A stretch of 64,000 bases of DNA from Eledone cirrhosa (lineage: Eukaryota): assembly GCA_964016885.1 (NCBI GenBank), contig OZ024741.1, positions 329,778,001 through 329,842,000 of the forward strand, written 5' to 3'. Shown here piece after piece: positions 13,391 through 25,860 of the stretch. Positions within the stretch are counted from its first letter, which is position 1. Each line of letters starts with the position of its first letter. The position numbers and the translations under genes are program-made. A model generated the notes under the pieces. That model did no database searches, was not told the DNA's origin, and saw only the letters and a program-made list of their open reading frames with translations.

Positions 13391-14394
13391 TATCTATCTG
13401 TCTTTCTTTCTTTTTCCTTTCTACAACCAAAATAGTAAAGCTACTCAGTAAAAGAAATAAATAATGAAATAAAAATTGAATATTTTGAAGGAAAAAATAT
13501 TTCTAAAAATTAATATATTTTTAGAAATAATATTTTCCTCTTCGCTCTCTTTTTCTCTCACTTCCTTACTAACTCTTACACTTTCTCACTTTTTCTCTCA
13601 CTACTTTTCTCCCTCTTTCACTCTCTCTCTTTCTATCACTCTTGGTCTAATTTCTAATTCATTTGCAAATTTATCAAATATGCATATTTCATTTACAATG
13701 AAACACATTTTAAATAGACATAAACATAATTACACACACACGCACATACATGCACATTTAGATGTCACGCGCGCACACATACACCACCACACATACATGC
13801 ACATTTACATGTATACAAACATTATACACGCTAACTATGGTTACATACGTATGCATGTGTATGTGGCTATGTGTATGTGTGTGTCTGCGTGCTTGCGTAC
13901 GTTTGTAAATGCTTTTGAGCTAATGTGTGTGTGAGCATTTACGTATGTATTCACATACATACGTAAATGCTCACACATTGTATTAGTATGCTGTTTGTAT
14001 GTGTGTTTGAGTTTACAAACAAGACGCAATATTATTAAATGGAGACGAGGAGAGAGAGAATAAATATTTACCGCAGCACTCAAATGACCCTCTTACTGCT
14101 CAGAATTCCGCTTATGTCGCTGATCGCGTAACTGGTAACTGATATATGAAACGTGGTATTTATTGTACACATGCATATACGCACGCACACATATATACGC
14201 TCAGGCACACATACACACACGTAGATATACGAGCGCGCACATACACGCGTACACGACGCACACACTCAATCATGGGTGCATTCACAAGTGCACATACACA
14301 TACTCGAACACACACGAACACGGACGTTCTTACAAGTCCGCACATACACGTACACGAACACGCACAAACACGGATGCATACACACAAACACGCA

Positions 14395-14730
14395 CAATGT
14401 AATATTAGTGAGCATTTACAGTGAATTACTGATGAGCTGAGAGGGAAACACAGGATATCAGAAGATTCAGATGTAGCGTGCGAAAGAGAAGACGACGCCA
14501 TTGGTCATATGGATGATGATTATTGGGTGAATAAGTACAAAGTGATCATAACGGAAGGAGGCTACAGTAGAAGAAGACCTGGACAGAAGTGGTAGGAAAT
14601 AATCTCAAAATGCTAAATCTTACAGAGGAAATGATAAATGAGGGCAACAAGTGGAGGGAGGCTGTGCTGAAAAAGACTCGTCCAACGCATGCAAGAATGA
14701 AAAAACAGACTTAAAAATGACATTGATGAT
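14395..14730 (+). pseudogene. Decayed RTE-clade LINE 3' end
   Basis: Degenerate counterpart of the 48798-49097 ORF region (GGTCATATGGATGATGA...AGAAGAAGACCT) plus a 3' UTR ending GATGAT. Confidence 0.55.
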
Positions 14731-14746
14731 AATTTACTAATATAAT

Positions 14747-14851
14747 TGTTTATACTTTTGGCACAAGGCCAGCAATTATCCCAGTGTATTACTGGTACTT
14801 TATTTTATCGACCCCGTAAGGATGAAAGGCAAAGTTAACCTCGGCGGAATT
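14747..14851 (-). mobile_element. 5'-truncated SINE family 1 with 16-bp target-site duplication
   Basis: AATTTACTAATATAAT at 14731-14746 and 14848-14863. Confidence 0.85.
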
Positions 14852-16259
14852 TACTAATATAATATCTTTGTGTATTTGTCTGTCACACACTAGATATGAC
14901 TGAGGAAAGAAGGGGTGTCTAATACACACATATCTATGTGATGACTGAGGAAGGTGGGGGTGAGAAACCATAAAAGTCCAGCGTTCTAACATTCGTCACA
15001 GCTGTGTGTTTGTATGTTTGTATCACTTGTGTGAGTGAGCGCGAAGGAACCAGCCAGCCAACAAACAAACACCTCTTTTTTATATTATGTATAGATATTA
15101 AAATTAGCCGTCATTTTTGACGGCACGGAGCCACCTTATATATATATATATATATATAAACATTAAGACAGATGTTACATAATCATATTTATTGGATTAT
15201 ACGTATTTCAGTGACACCAGTGCTGTGCTGTCTCACAATCACTGTAACAGTAATCGGCACCGGTGTGGCATCATTAGATGTTAACACAAATATGTGAGTG
15301 AGTTGATATGTCGCAGGCAAACGCTTCCGTTTTTGCGAAAGTCCAGTTTGTGTGTGGAAGTTGTCTCCGTGTGTGTCCTAGTTGTAGTCAGAAATTAGAA
15401 AAAGAACTCCTACAAAAAAATATGAATTATTGTTCCTTATCCCACCGGACAAGTAATGGTAATATTTATTTTGATGTATGAAACAGTAATCTATATTATA
15501 AGAGCGCTGTCTGTCTGTCCGTGCCTCCGTCGGACGGCTCGCTCTATATAGAAAGGGGGAGCACCAAACGAGAGATATATACATAGATAGAGAAAAGGGA
15601 ACGCCGAGTATTTTCGAGGTGACAGAAAGAGATAGATTGACATAAAATTACGACGTCGCCCTCATCTATATAGAGAGAGGTGAAGCACCAAGCAGGAGAG
15701 ATGTAAATAAATAGAGAGAGAGAAAAGGAACATCATTTGTTTAGCGAGAGTGTATGTGTGTGTGAGATGGAAAGGGGGAAAAGACGTCGCCCTCATCTAG
15801 TTTATATTAAATCGAATTCTGTTTATTTTTGCGAATTCGTACAAAAACAATCTTGCCATTTTGTTTTGGAATTGTCTCTCTTCATTCGGTAGAAAAATGG
15901 CAAGAGAGAGGAGATGACAGAATGGGAGAGAGGAGATGTGAGAGAAAGAGAAAAGAGAATATAAAAAAGAGATAAGATTGTGGAAAAAGGGAAACAGAGA
16001 GATGATGGAATATAAGAGAGAGAGAGGGTGTGAGGTGAAAGAATATGAAAATGAACATTTTAGATGAGGGAAAATAGAGTAAGAGAGAGATGCACGTCAA
16101 GACAGAAGAAAGGAAAGAGAGAGAGAGTGACGAAAGTTTTATTGGAATTTAAAAAAGAAACGGAATTTTATTTCAAGAGAGTGAGAGGAGGCAGCTTCTT
16201 TTGATCATAACGTTTGCAACGCTATATATATAAGTGTATACGTGAGAGAGAGAGAGAGA

Positions 16260-16310
<51 letters not shown>

Positions 16311-16565
16311 TGTGTGTTATCTTTCTTTTTTCTGGGCACTGACTGAGTTACTCCCTATTCCGGAGTAACGTTGGGTTCTACTGCCAAATAAAAGCCAGCA
16401 GAACCAACAGAAATCATTCAGAGATCATTTCTCTGATCTCTACTCCAAGGAGAACACTATGTCCTCCTCACCATTTGATGTCATCATGTGTCTAATTACT
16501 ATGAATGAGCTGGACTTAGAGTCACCAGGCCACTGTCCACACACACACACACACACATATACGTG

Positions 16566-16657
<92 letters not shown>

Positions 16658-16928
16658 GAGAAGAAAGAAGAATACTGCGTGGTTTGCACATGGGTTACAT
16701 ATGATAAAAATAGTCGTTCGTCAGTGATTTTCCAACCATCATTGGTATTTCATCGCATTAAAAATCAGATACCTCAGGTTGGTGCGAGCAATAATCTAAA
16801 GAAAGTTATTGGGACCAGTAATCGCGTAAAGCGAGGATATATATATATATAGTAATAATAGTAATAATAATAATAATAATAATAATATATATATAATAAT
16901 AATAATAATATATATATATATATATATA

Positions 16929-18130
16929 CTAGCTGAGGTACCCGGCTTCGCCCGGGAGAATAATTAAGAGAAGACGGATAAAAGAGAAAACGGCTGTATT
17001 GGATATGTTGTCTGGTTTACAGGATGAGGCGAGACCGTAATGTGTGTGTGTTTGTGAGTATATTAATGTGTGTGTGTGTGTGAGACATTAAAAAAAAATA
17101 ATCATAAAACTTCCTTATTAGGCGGGGGGAGTAAACTGACGATTAAATGGTAGCATTGGCCTTGGATTTTAAATGCTGTGAAATAACCATAGTCAGTATG
17201 ATCTTTTTCAGCTCCAAAGGACGTCATCTGAAACGCAGCAATATACCGCATAACGTTGCTTCTGAAGTGTTTAGCTTCGTTAGTACGGTCTGTAAGTATA
17301 TGGATAAAAGCTGGAGGGTCCTCTATCAGTGGAAGTCTGACCTTTCTTCCTAAGCAACACATGCCAAGTGTAATATACATGCTACCAATCATGACTTTAG
17401 GATCATTTCTATAATTCTTCGATGGATCATATGAAAACGCAGCTCTTAGTTTATCCTGACTTCAAGGGTCCTTTGTGCTCGTCGAGTTTGCATCGCAACT
17501 CTCATTGCCTCTTGGTGATTTTCATATTGAACCTCTGTTTGTTGCGTTAGTCTTTCTTGCCTTAATCTTTATGTTTCCTGTCTCAGGTTCTGTATACTTT
17601 CAAAAAGTTGTGATCGTCTCTTTTGTTGTTTTAGCCTTTCTGTTTCCCGTCTCATATTCTGCTGAATGTCACAATGTTGACTTCCCCTTTATTCCGAAGT
17701 CTTTTTTTATATTGTTCGTGAGATTTGTCTTTCGCTTGAAAATTTCAACCGTTTGGTGGACATTGTATCTCCCCAGATAGATGAGCGGAATTTTGGTGAC
17801 ATGATGAAATAATTTTTCTTGGAAAAATATCATGAAAAAAACAAACTATACAAAGCAATATAAAAAAAAATCGAAATAAATGCAAATAGCAGCCTTAGAG
17901 AATAGGTTGACACTCTGCCATCTGAATTAGGTCAATAATAACATGGTACTATCCTCAAAAAGCTAAATTAATATACACCGTAGATTAGCTTCAAATAGTA
18001 TCAATTTTTTTTGTTCTGTAAAATCAAAGACTGGTGTAAAACGACTTTATAAAAGTTAACGCAATATTGTTAAACCTTCAACTGATACTTTGATCTATAG
18101 TTTAAGCCGATTCTAGACTTTTGTGGGACG

Positions 18131-18164
<34 letters not shown>

Positions 18165-18364
18165 TCTCTCTCTGAATATCTAACGCTTTAATTGTATCGC
18201 TCTCTGTATACAATTGTATACAATCGGCATATCTATCTAGCTCTGCCTCTCCCACCGTGTCTCTCTATCTTTAGATGTGTGTGTGTGTGTGTGTGTGCGC
18301 GCGCGCGTGCGTAGTTTTCGTGTGATTCAACCAATAAACATATCTCTTTTATATTATATATAGA
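16929..18364 (-). mobile_element. Internally deleted Helitron retaining a RepHel fragment
   Basis: Minus strand: 5' TC, 3' hairpin CCCGGGCGAAGCCGGG then TACCTCAGCTAG, inserted at A|T. Confidence 0.85.
17102..17392 (-). pseudogene. Helitron RepHel N-terminal fragment
   Basis: CCLGRKVRLP...KHFRSNVMRYIAAFQMTSFGA...FKIQGQCYHLIVSLLP matches the conserved pre-Rep segment of Helitron proteins. Confidence 0.85.
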
Positions 18365-18459
18365 TATAGATTATATACAGTACTTTCAATACAACACACC
18401 GAAACTAAAAACACTGCACACTCCCAAGACATACAGAACTGCTCTCACTTATGTAGCAT

Positions 18460-19525
18460 GTTTAGGCACAAAGCGAACAATTTTTTTGCGGGATGAGGAG
18501 GGGGGGGGGGGGCGTTCTATTGAATCGTCTCCAGTGTGTTACTGGTACTTTATTTTATTGACCTCGTAAGGATGAAAGACAAATCTCTCGATGGGATTTG
18601 AACTCAAAATGCAAAGGTCCGTAACACTATGCCGTAAAGCATATTATCCGACGCTCTACCGATACTGCCAATCCACCACCCTTGTTGTGCAGTGAAAACG
18701 CTCAATAAAAATATGACTAAGAGGAAATAATAATGGTTATTAATTTAGGAAAAAAGATCAGCAATTTATGGGGAGCGGAAAGCCGATCACATCGACCCAA
18801 CTAATTTACTAGTACTGTAGTCTATCGAACGCCGAAAGGATGAAAGGCAAGGTTGACTCCGGTGGGTTTTGAACTCAGAACGTAAAGGTCTGTAACTATA
18901 TGCCTCAAAGTATTTCAGCATTTCGTCCGACGCTCTAAACATTTTGCAAACCCGTCACCTTGGATAGGAAATAATAATTGGCCTTAAGGACGTATTAGTT
19001 TGGGGACAGCAGGAGGATGCGAAACAATACAAAATGGGGTTTACATAGGATAAAGGGAAAGGGATATCAACAGTTAAACAGTAGATAGAACAACAATAAT
19101 ATATAGTAACAATTGTTTCTAATTTTGGCACAAGACCAGCAATTTGAAGTGTCGGGGTCGAAGGAAAGTTGATTATATCAACCCCAGTACTTGATTGGTA
19201 CCTTATTTTATTTTTCAACCTCGGAAGGATGAAATGCACTCAACATTGACCTTGGCAGGATTTAACTCAGAAAGTAGAGACAACAAATACTGCTAAGTAT
19301 TTGTACAAAACCCTGATGAATTTTTCAATCCACCGCCCTTCTAGTAATAACGGTTTCACAAGGCCAACAATTTTGAGGGAGGGGAAAGTCGATTAAATCG
19401 TCCTCAGTGCGTTACTGGTACTTTATTTTATCGACCCCGTCAGAATTTGAACTCAGAATGTAAAGGGGTGTAACTCTATGCCACAAAGCATGTTGTCCGA
19501 CTCTCTACTGATACTGCCAATCCAT
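18460..19525 (-). mobile_element. Cluster of four diverged SINE family 1 copies, same orientation
   Basis: Core repeated at ~18460-18680, 18740-18950, 19110-19340 and 19355-19525. Confidence 0.8.
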
Positions 19526-20189
19526 TTTACAATAATAATGAAACGCTACATAATAGTAACAATAACGATATAAAATATATAATAAAAGTCAACAAGAAAA
19601 CGTTCTCCAATGAGAGGGAATGACCCCATCCTCTCCCAGAATAATCCCCCCCCCCCCCGATTTTTGGTTGTATCAAAGGAATTGAAAGTATCCTCTCCTG
19701 CTCCTGTCCTGATTTCTTTCCTATTACTCACAGGGCATAACCAGAGTAGATCCATTTTATTTAGAAAGGTACTAAATAAAAATGAACATTAGAATGATCT
19801 CTTACATAATATGTGAATGTGTGTGGCTTAGCGATGAGGGCGTTGGTCTTTTGATCACAGGGTCGTGTGTTCAATCCCTGGTCCCAACTGTACGTTCTAT
19901 CCTCGAACAAGGCACTTTATTTTATGTTGTTCCAGGATACTCAGCTTCAACAATGACTACCAGCACCAGTACCAATAGTGGATGGTGGGTGAATGGTGGA
20001 GGAGGCTAAAGGGTAAGATTGTAAGTCCTTGAATGCCATTGAAATCAGAATAAGCTCCGGTCTGATGAGTTAGTTAAAACATGTTCTAATCCAAAGGCTC
20101 ATCAGACCGACGTTAAGCGATTGAGGGTACAAGACTCTCTCTGGACAGGACGCTAATCTATCGCATGATTAACTTCCCAGCTGCTGATG

Positions 20190-20230
<41 letters not shown>

Positions 20231-20639
20231 TGAGTATATTGGAGCAACGTGAAATAAAGTGTTTTGTTCAAGAACACAACGTAGCAGTCTGACCAGAAAT
20301 CGAACCAACATTACGATCGTACGTCAAACATCTTAACTATACGGCTTCACGGCCTGATGAGCCTCCAGGCTAAAACAACAATAATAAAAAAACAACTAAA
20401 CTTTTAAATTGCCTGACATCCAAATCCTAATCCAGGGCCTTCTCACTCCTTTTAAATCCTCTTAAATCCCTACCTCCATCTACAGCCTATATATATACAA
20501 TACAACCTTTTCACTCTTCACCTTCTCATCCTATTCCCTGTGTTATGTCATAATGTAGCCAGATGTGGTAATTTCACCTGTTTGTACTTGATCGCTCTGT
20601 TATAGTTCATTACCGTAATCACAGTACCTCAGTAATCAG

Positions 20640-20835
20640 TTGAGCGTCGGACAACTTGCTTTGCAGCATAGAGTTACATTTTACGTTCTGAGTTCAAATC
20701 CCGGTAAGGTTAACTTTGCCTTTCATCCTTACGGGATCGATAAAATAAAGTATCAGCAACACACTGGAGTCGATTTAATCGACTTTCCCTTCTCCCCAAA
20801 TTGTTGGCCTTGTACCTAAAGCAGAAACCATTATT
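20640..20835 (+). mobile_element. SINE family 1 (long variant)
   Basis: GAGTTCAAATCC, core, and the extra GTCGATTTAATCGAC hairpin before TGGCCTTGTACC. Confidence 0.8.
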
Positions 20836-21601
20836 ACTGTGCCTCTTAGAGCTTATTTTAAAGAAATTTTAGAACTGTACAAATCTTCAAGGCATGTGTA
20901 TGCCCCAATGAAGGTGCGTGGCTCAGTGGTTAGAGAATTGGGTTTGCAATCCGAATGTTGCGAGTTCGATTTGCGGGAGTTACGTCCTTGAGAAAGACGC
21001 TTTATTTCACGTTGCTCTTTCTGCCAAGAATTGCGACCAGTAGATAGTATCAGCAATGGAAAGACCAATCGATAACATTGTTTCTTCGGCCCGATTTGAC
21101 GAGTTTCACCCCCACTCGGTCACTCGATAAGCAAATGAGGTCTGGGAGCTTGTCATTCCTTGCTGGATTTTTAACATTTCATGGGTGTTTGAAGTTTTTT
21201 AAACACCATTTGCCATGTAATCGCATGTAGAGTTTGACGCAAAACAAACTTACTGCACACAATTTTTCTTTAGAATTACATAAGCAGAGTTCAACTGTAT
21301 ATTAAAATACTCATTGATATCTCTCCTACCATTAGCCATCTCTCTCTCTCTCATATTCACCCACCCTCTCTCTCTCTCATATACCCCCTCTCTCTCTCAC
21401 AAACACACATTCTCTCCCTCCCCTCTACCAGTCATTTACCTCACGGCCATTGTCATGGTTGAAGGCATCTGATCTGTTCACATTTAGTGTCTCTGACCAA
21501 AGTTCCCCCTCTCTCCCTCTCCATCCTCTCTCCGCTACCATTACCTCTACATTCTGAGTTCGAATCCCGCTGGTATCGAATTTATTATTTTTTGCTTCCT
21601 T

Positions 21602-21790
21602 AGGGCGGTGGATTGGCAGTATCGGTAGAGGGTCGGACGCCATGCTTTACGGCATAGAGTTACGGGCCTTGCCATTCTGACTTCAAATCCTGCCGAGGTT
21701 AACTTTGCCTTTCATCCTTACGGGGTCGATAAAATAAAGTACCAGTAATGTACTGGGATAATTGCTGGCCTTGTGCCAAAAGTAGAAACA
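21602..21790 (+). mobile_element. Full-length SINE family 1 (short variant) with 18-bp target-site duplication
   Basis: ATTATTTTTTGCTTCCTT at 21584-21601 and 21791-21808. Confidence 0.9.
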
Positions 21791-21819
21791 ATTATTTTTT
21801 GCTTCCTTGGTTGATAAAA

Positions 21820-22150
21820 GATGCCTCAGTGGACTACAGTCTGTCACAACGTTAGGGTAGTCGGCTTTCAATCGTAATGTTATGAGTGCCATTCCCAGCG
21901 GTGCATTGTGTCCTCGAGCAAGACTCTTTATTTCACGTTGCTCCAGTCCACTCAGCAGACAAAAATAAATTGTACCTGTAGTTCGAACGGCTAGCCGTGT
22001 CACATTCTGTGTCACGCTGAATCTCCGTGAACTACGTTAAGGGTACGCGTGTCTATGGAATGCTCAGCCAATTGCATGTTAATTTCATGAGCAGGCTGTT
22101 CCGTTGATCGTATCAACTGGAACATTCATTGTCGTAACCGACGAAGTGCC
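21820..22150 (+). mobile_element. SINE family 2, near full length
   Basis: Degenerate tRNA head, CTCGAGCAAGACTCTTTATTTCACGTTGCTCCAGTCCACTCAGC, and a 3' body shared with 7660-7880. Confidence 0.75.
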
Positions 22151-22160
22151 TCTCTCTCCC

Positions 22161-22211
<51 letters not shown>

Positions 22212-22228
22212 AAGCAGGGGAGTGCGTG

Positions 22229-22270
22229 GCCTCTGATGAACGCCAACCAGCGTGAAACAGACTGTCAGCT
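22229..22270 (+). ncRNA. Minimal type I hammerhead ribozyme motif
   Basis: CT-CTGATGA(22233-22239)-ACGC-CAACCA-GCGT-GAAAC-AGACT-GTC-AG; perfect stem II and near-palindromic ACAG(A)CTGT; in a TA-flanked insert at 22210-22400. Confidence 0.75.
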
Positions 22271-22396
22271 TCTCTCCCTTCTTTCGCCGAAAAGAAGTAA
22301 GTGACATAGTCACTACTTTAAAATTCATAGCGTATGGTCTTCTAAATGTTTTTAATTAAACATACGGTATATTGCCAAATATACTATACATACATT

Positions 22397-22433
<37 letters not shown>

Positions 22434-22525
22434 AAAGTTTTATTTAAATTGTTGGGATACAACAAGCAAATATTTTTATAACTGATATAAAGCACTCGAC
22501 AAGTATTTGGAGTAGATATACGATA

Positions 22526-22603
22526 TTGTGCCTCTCCTTTGTTCTGTCCTACGCCATCTTGTAGAAACAAGATGGCGTAGGACTGCACAAAGGAGAGGCA
22601 CAA
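22526..22603. repeat. 78-nt near-perfect hairpin
   Basis: TTGTGCCTCTCCTTTGT-TCT-GTCCTACGCCATCTTGT-AGAA-ACAAGATGGCGTAGGAC-TGC-ACAAAGGAGAGGCACAA. Confidence 0.9.
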
Positions 22604-22920
22604 AAACAAAGAAAAGAATCCCCAGTCACTGAAGAGGTCACAGAATGTGACGAAAGAACTTTGACAATATATAAACAATCATCTGGTTGTGGAACCAACC
22701 AACCAACCAACCGAAAATTTATAAGTTCCTAAATTTATAAATTTATTATAATAAATTGAAGTGAAAGCAACTGGTGCGTGTGTTCCTTATTGGCAACATG
22801 ACCCTCCCAAAGTATAGCAATATATATATATATATATGGTTGCGCATATATGTTAAGTTATGAAATTTTAATTTTACTATATATATCTATATATATACAT
22901 AATGTAGGTAGTACGGTGAA

Positions 22921-23145
22921 ATATTGGTGTTGGTACCAAATCAAGCACTCTATGCACGGGCAGAGTGTATATAATAGAAAAAACGAGGAAGTTTCATTTA
23001 CATATGAAAAATATTTATTGCGTATCGACCTGTTACGCGCGTGGGTCACCTTGAGCCAATCCTCTGCGAAACGCGCGTATCAGGTCGATACACAATAAAT
23101 ATTTTTCCTATGTAAATGAAACTTCCTCGTTTTTTCTATTTTATA
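22921..23145. mobile_element. Foldback cassette (same family as 3252-3615), only the 3' half of the hammerhead retained
   Basis: Arms ~22970-23042 and 23071-23145; TCTGC-GAAAC-GCGC-GTA; no CTGANGA present. Confidence 0.75.
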
Positions 23146-23151
23146 TATATA

Positions 23152-23825
23152 CTAGCAGTGGTACCCGGCGTTGCACAGGATAAGGTATTTTGGAACGCGG
23201 GCCGTCAACAGAACTAATCGTGGAAAAACTGCATGCCTGGACAATATGTAAAGAAAATATGACAATATGACAATATGTAAAGAAATATGTAAAGAAAATA
23301 AACCGAATACTCTGATGGCTGGATAATCTTTAAGATTGTCCTAAAGCATGAAAAATGCAGGTTTTCACCTAATGCGGGCCCTAGGGGATCAAGAAAATGA
23401 ATTTTTTTTATGTGCATAATATACCTTGAAATTTTGGGAAAATCGGCTAGACGTAACGCCTCAAAAATGCCCTAAAAAGCTGAAAAAAATGAAGTTTTTC
23501 ACCTAATGCAGGCCCTAGGCCATAAACAAGTTGGATTTTCTTCGCTCACGGTATGAAGAAGAGATTGACTAATACATAGTTACAATTTCAGGGAAATCGG
23601 TCTGACGTAACGCCTCAAACCCTAATAAGCTGAAAAAAACGCAGTTTTTCACCTAATGCGGGCCTAGGGGATCAAAAAGTTGAATTCATGAGCATAACAC
23701 TCCCTGAAACATAAGTAATACACATGTAAAGTTTGAAAAAAATCGGTTGGGTACTTCTCGAGTTTTAGGGATTCAAACTCACAGACACACACACAGACAG
23801 ACATCCTCAGTTTTATATATATAGA
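23152..23825 (-). mobile_element. Non-autonomous Helitron with three internal tandem repeats
   Basis: Minus strand: TCTATATATATAAAACTGAGG start; end CCTGTGCAACGCCGGG-TACCACTGCTAG|T; TTTTCACCTAATGC.GGCC recurs at ~23363, 23497 and 23646. Confidence 0.8.
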
Positions 23826-23832
23826 TATATAT

Positions 23833-25019
23833 ATGATTCTAAAGTAACATCTAAGAAGTTGACTACCCTATTACTATTATCTATGGCTAAACTTAAATTA
23901 TAACTTATCTAGAATCTGTGCATACGTTTTTTAATCCTTTTGAGCCTGGAGTTGCTAATATTAATGAGGGAAAATAAAGCATCCTCTCTGTATACACCAC
24001 TTTTCATAGCCGGAAATTCCTTAATTAAATTGTTAAGCAGGGATAGCCCAACTAAGCCGGTGACCTGCGCAGAAATGCTCGAACCCATAATGGTATCAAA
24101 GTTATTTGACGATTATTCCTTGCCCAGAGGTTACCATCAAATTCTATTATGGTGCGTCTAGCGACCAAGATAATATCTATTCTAGCTTAGTGATACTGGT
24201 GCATTCCTTGGCCATTCTAAGAGCTCTCTTTACTAGGTCAGGGGAGATAGAAGCATAATAGTTGTCTATATCAAACTGGACAAATTTAGTATCAGTCTTT
24301 CTATCAGTCTTCTGCTAAACCAATTAATTACTTGATTGGTGTTCCCCCATAAGTTAAGCGTTATCATTTTACTGATGGTCGGGATAATTCTATCTAGGAT
24401 ATTTTTGCTAATTCTATCCCCATCTAAAGTTTTAGGGCATATTAGCCTAATAGCTAATTTATTAAATTTATTTTTATGATTTTTAAGTGTGAACCTAGGA
24501 GTTTTCAGGATGTAAGGTTCTGTGTACTTATCAAGTTCTAAATGTTCGATCAGATTTTTATCCTGTCTATTGATCTCTATTAAATTATCATGGTTTGTTT
24601 TTCTATAATTTTAGTTAACTTTCTATTTATGAAGTATTTGTAGGTTTTAAAGCTCATGCTATAAATATTTTTAATAATATCGGCTAGAATTTGTATCATT
24701 TTATGTTTTTTTTTTTAAAGTTAATCGTAGAGTTAAGTTTTTTCAAGAATGGATTGTTATAAGATATTTTTTTTAATTTAATGTTTTTTATCAAGTCTAA
24801 CAGTTCTTTTTAAAACCTATCCAGACTAGGATTATGAAGTGGATTTTTTAAGGGGTGTAATCCAAATCTGCGTGCTTGTGAGTTGCTGCCATGGTTACAG
24901 GGTTTCTTATCGAAGTGAAATATTCTCCACGTGATTCTCCTTATGAAACAGTTAATACTGCTAATCAGGTGTTTCAGATAAAGTTTTCTGTTCGGCACTG
25001 GTATGCACTTCAGTGACAA
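23833..25019 (-). pseudogene. Penelope-like element reverse transcriptase, frameshifted and 3'-truncated
   Basis: Minus-strand peptides in order: SLKCIPVPNRKLYLKHLISSINCFIRRITWR; PRFTLKNHK...IRLICPK; ISKNILDRI...LWGNTNQVINWF; FVQFDIDNYYASISPDL; FDTIMGSSISAQVTGLVG; GVYREDAL (YRDD variant); VNFLDVTL. No GIY-YIG domain visible. Confidence 0.85.
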
Positions 25020-25708
25020 GGTGGTTTTTGGTCAGCATCTTTGCCAAACTCGATAATGAAGCTCAACACAAGGGAGCAGTTATATAAAAGTACAGACAAG
25101 TTGAGAAAACAACTATAGGTTTGGCAAATTGAGGTTTAACCTCCTTGCAAGTTGATAATCAGTAGGTACTAAGGGTGTAAAACATCTGAAGTTAATCCAA
25201 TGTTTATGGCCCACTCACTGTATGGTTATATTATTCACAGAACACATATATAAAAACAACAACAACCAAAGCTGTTAATTGTACATTCAATTGATCCACA
25301 CACACACACAGTTTACGAAAGTCACCGAAGTTATTTCAGCGACCTCCGGCCATAATCCACTCAAAGAGACAATAAGCTTGCGGTTGTGAAACTGCATCCT
25401 AAGGTTTAGAGTGCACACATCATAGTTATTCATGAATACTATGGCAGTGTTTTGGTAAAGATACCACAAATATCCACCCAATATATATATATATATATAA
25501 ATGTGTGTGTGTGTGTGTGTCTTTTCAGCTAGACGCGTTCGATCACCGACTTTTAAAACAAGAGCAACTTAAACAACAACGCGACCATCAACAGTTTTCC
25601 AAGAAATGGCGACGTGAATAGACCTGTTTTTTCTCAAATAATTTTTTTTCGTCCTGCTTCTGCCCAGTCTCCCCTATCTTTCTATTTCTTCTTTAATTTC
25701 TCATTCTA

Positions 25709-25745
25709 TTTTCTGGTGAAGGACTAGCATCCGAAACGTTAAGAC
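25709..25745 (+). ncRNA. Degenerate hammerhead-like motif
   Basis: CTGGTGA-AGGA-CTAGCA-TCC-GAAAC-GTT-AAGA; core A mutated to G. Confidence 0.4.
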
Positions 25746-25860
25746 TCTTTTCCTACTATATCAAGCGTAAAACTAATAATATATTTTTTCATTGTACTGT
25801 GTCGTTTGCATTGCTATTTCTGTTTGCCTTTTGCATATATAAATATAATATGTATATATT

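Noticed and set aside
12973-13464. Thr-rich mucin-like ORF
   Set aside because: Degenerate ACC/ATC repeat following a SINE-like fragment; no splice or domain support.
20050-20380. CTGATGA motifs at ~20062 and ~20354
   Set aside because: No properly placed GAAA or stem III; they look like SINE-tail hairpins.
21603-21700. tRNA genes
   Set aside because: Box A/B motifs are SINE heads; no complete cloverleaf.
25020-25480. Expected hammerhead upstream of the PLE RT
   Set aside because: Only GCTGAAATAAC is seen on the minus strand; no CUGANGA or stems could be assigned.
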